Below, piece by piece: positions 63,523 through 64,000 of a DNA stretch of 64,000 nucleotides. The DNA is from Eledone cirrhosa (taxonomy: Eukaryota). The DNA lies in contig CAXHJY010000846.1 of NCBI GenBank assembly GCA_964016885.1, forward strand, positions 5,021 to 69,020, read 5' to 3'. The notes under the pieces are model-generated. The model searched no databases. It saw nothing but the letters and a program-made list of their open reading frames with translations, and was not told the origin of the DNA. How positions within the stretch are numbered: the stretch's first letter is position 1; each line of letters begins with the position of its first letter. The translations under genes and the position numbers were made by a program.

Positions 63523-64000
63523 GTGAGTGTTATTTATTCAGATGCTTTTGTTGAAAGAAAAAAATACTCGTGGACTTCAAACCGTCAACAATTCTAATTG
63601 TTTGTCTTCTTCACTCTTGCTTTTATCTCCATTTCTCATATATATGTTAATTGTAGTATAAATTTTTTCAACATTATTTTCTTTCAAAACGAAAATAACG
63701 TTTATAGTAATCGTTTTTTTTTTTTGTAAATACGGTATTATATATAATTTACTACAATGTTGCGTTATCATTGTCTTTGTTATGACCTTGGAGGTACTAT
63801 TCACCTTTGCTTCTATATAACATTAGCCGTTCAACCTACTAGAAATAGCAGCCTAACCTCCCTCAAATCATAACCTACAGCCTTAAAAGAAAGAAAGGAT
63901 GTACTGGATAATGTAGTTTTAGACAGATGACCACGTCTGGATTGTCCTTTGCATTTGTTTACCAATTGCATGAGGAGTGAACCTCATTTGTCTTTGGTCG

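Overview
Eukaryotic, AT-rich, microsatellite-laden DNA that is almost all decayed and nested transposable elements. The SINE, RTE and microsatellite make-up is most consistent with a mollusc, probably an octopus-like cephalopod (inference). Elements recognised: Tc1/mariner DD37D and DD34D remnants; three Penelope-like elements (PLEs), two Naiad-like and one of these complete with pseudo-LTRs; RTE LINEs with a PHD finger just after the RT domain; a BovB-like RTE; Tx1, CRE-like, R4/NeSL-like and Vingi-like fragments; an internally deleted Gypsy element; several Helitrons, including a head-to-tail trimer; hAT and piggyBac-type MITEs; many tRNA-derived SINEs; and several young satellites. The one host gene I can recognise is missed by the ORF track: coding exon 1 of cytochrome c oxidase subunit 7C (COX7C, 63427-63522, +). 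It lies next to a perfect 24-bp palindrome and possibly shares a bidirectional promoter with an unidentified minus-strand gene. The most notable non-coding signal is a set of minimal hammerhead ribozyme motifs in PLE terminal repeats (1784-1854, 31330-31401, 32388-32457, 36544-36613, 39586-39656 and weaker ones). They have palindromic stem III sequences, and several have non-canonical core substitutions. All calls were made by eye, without database searches.
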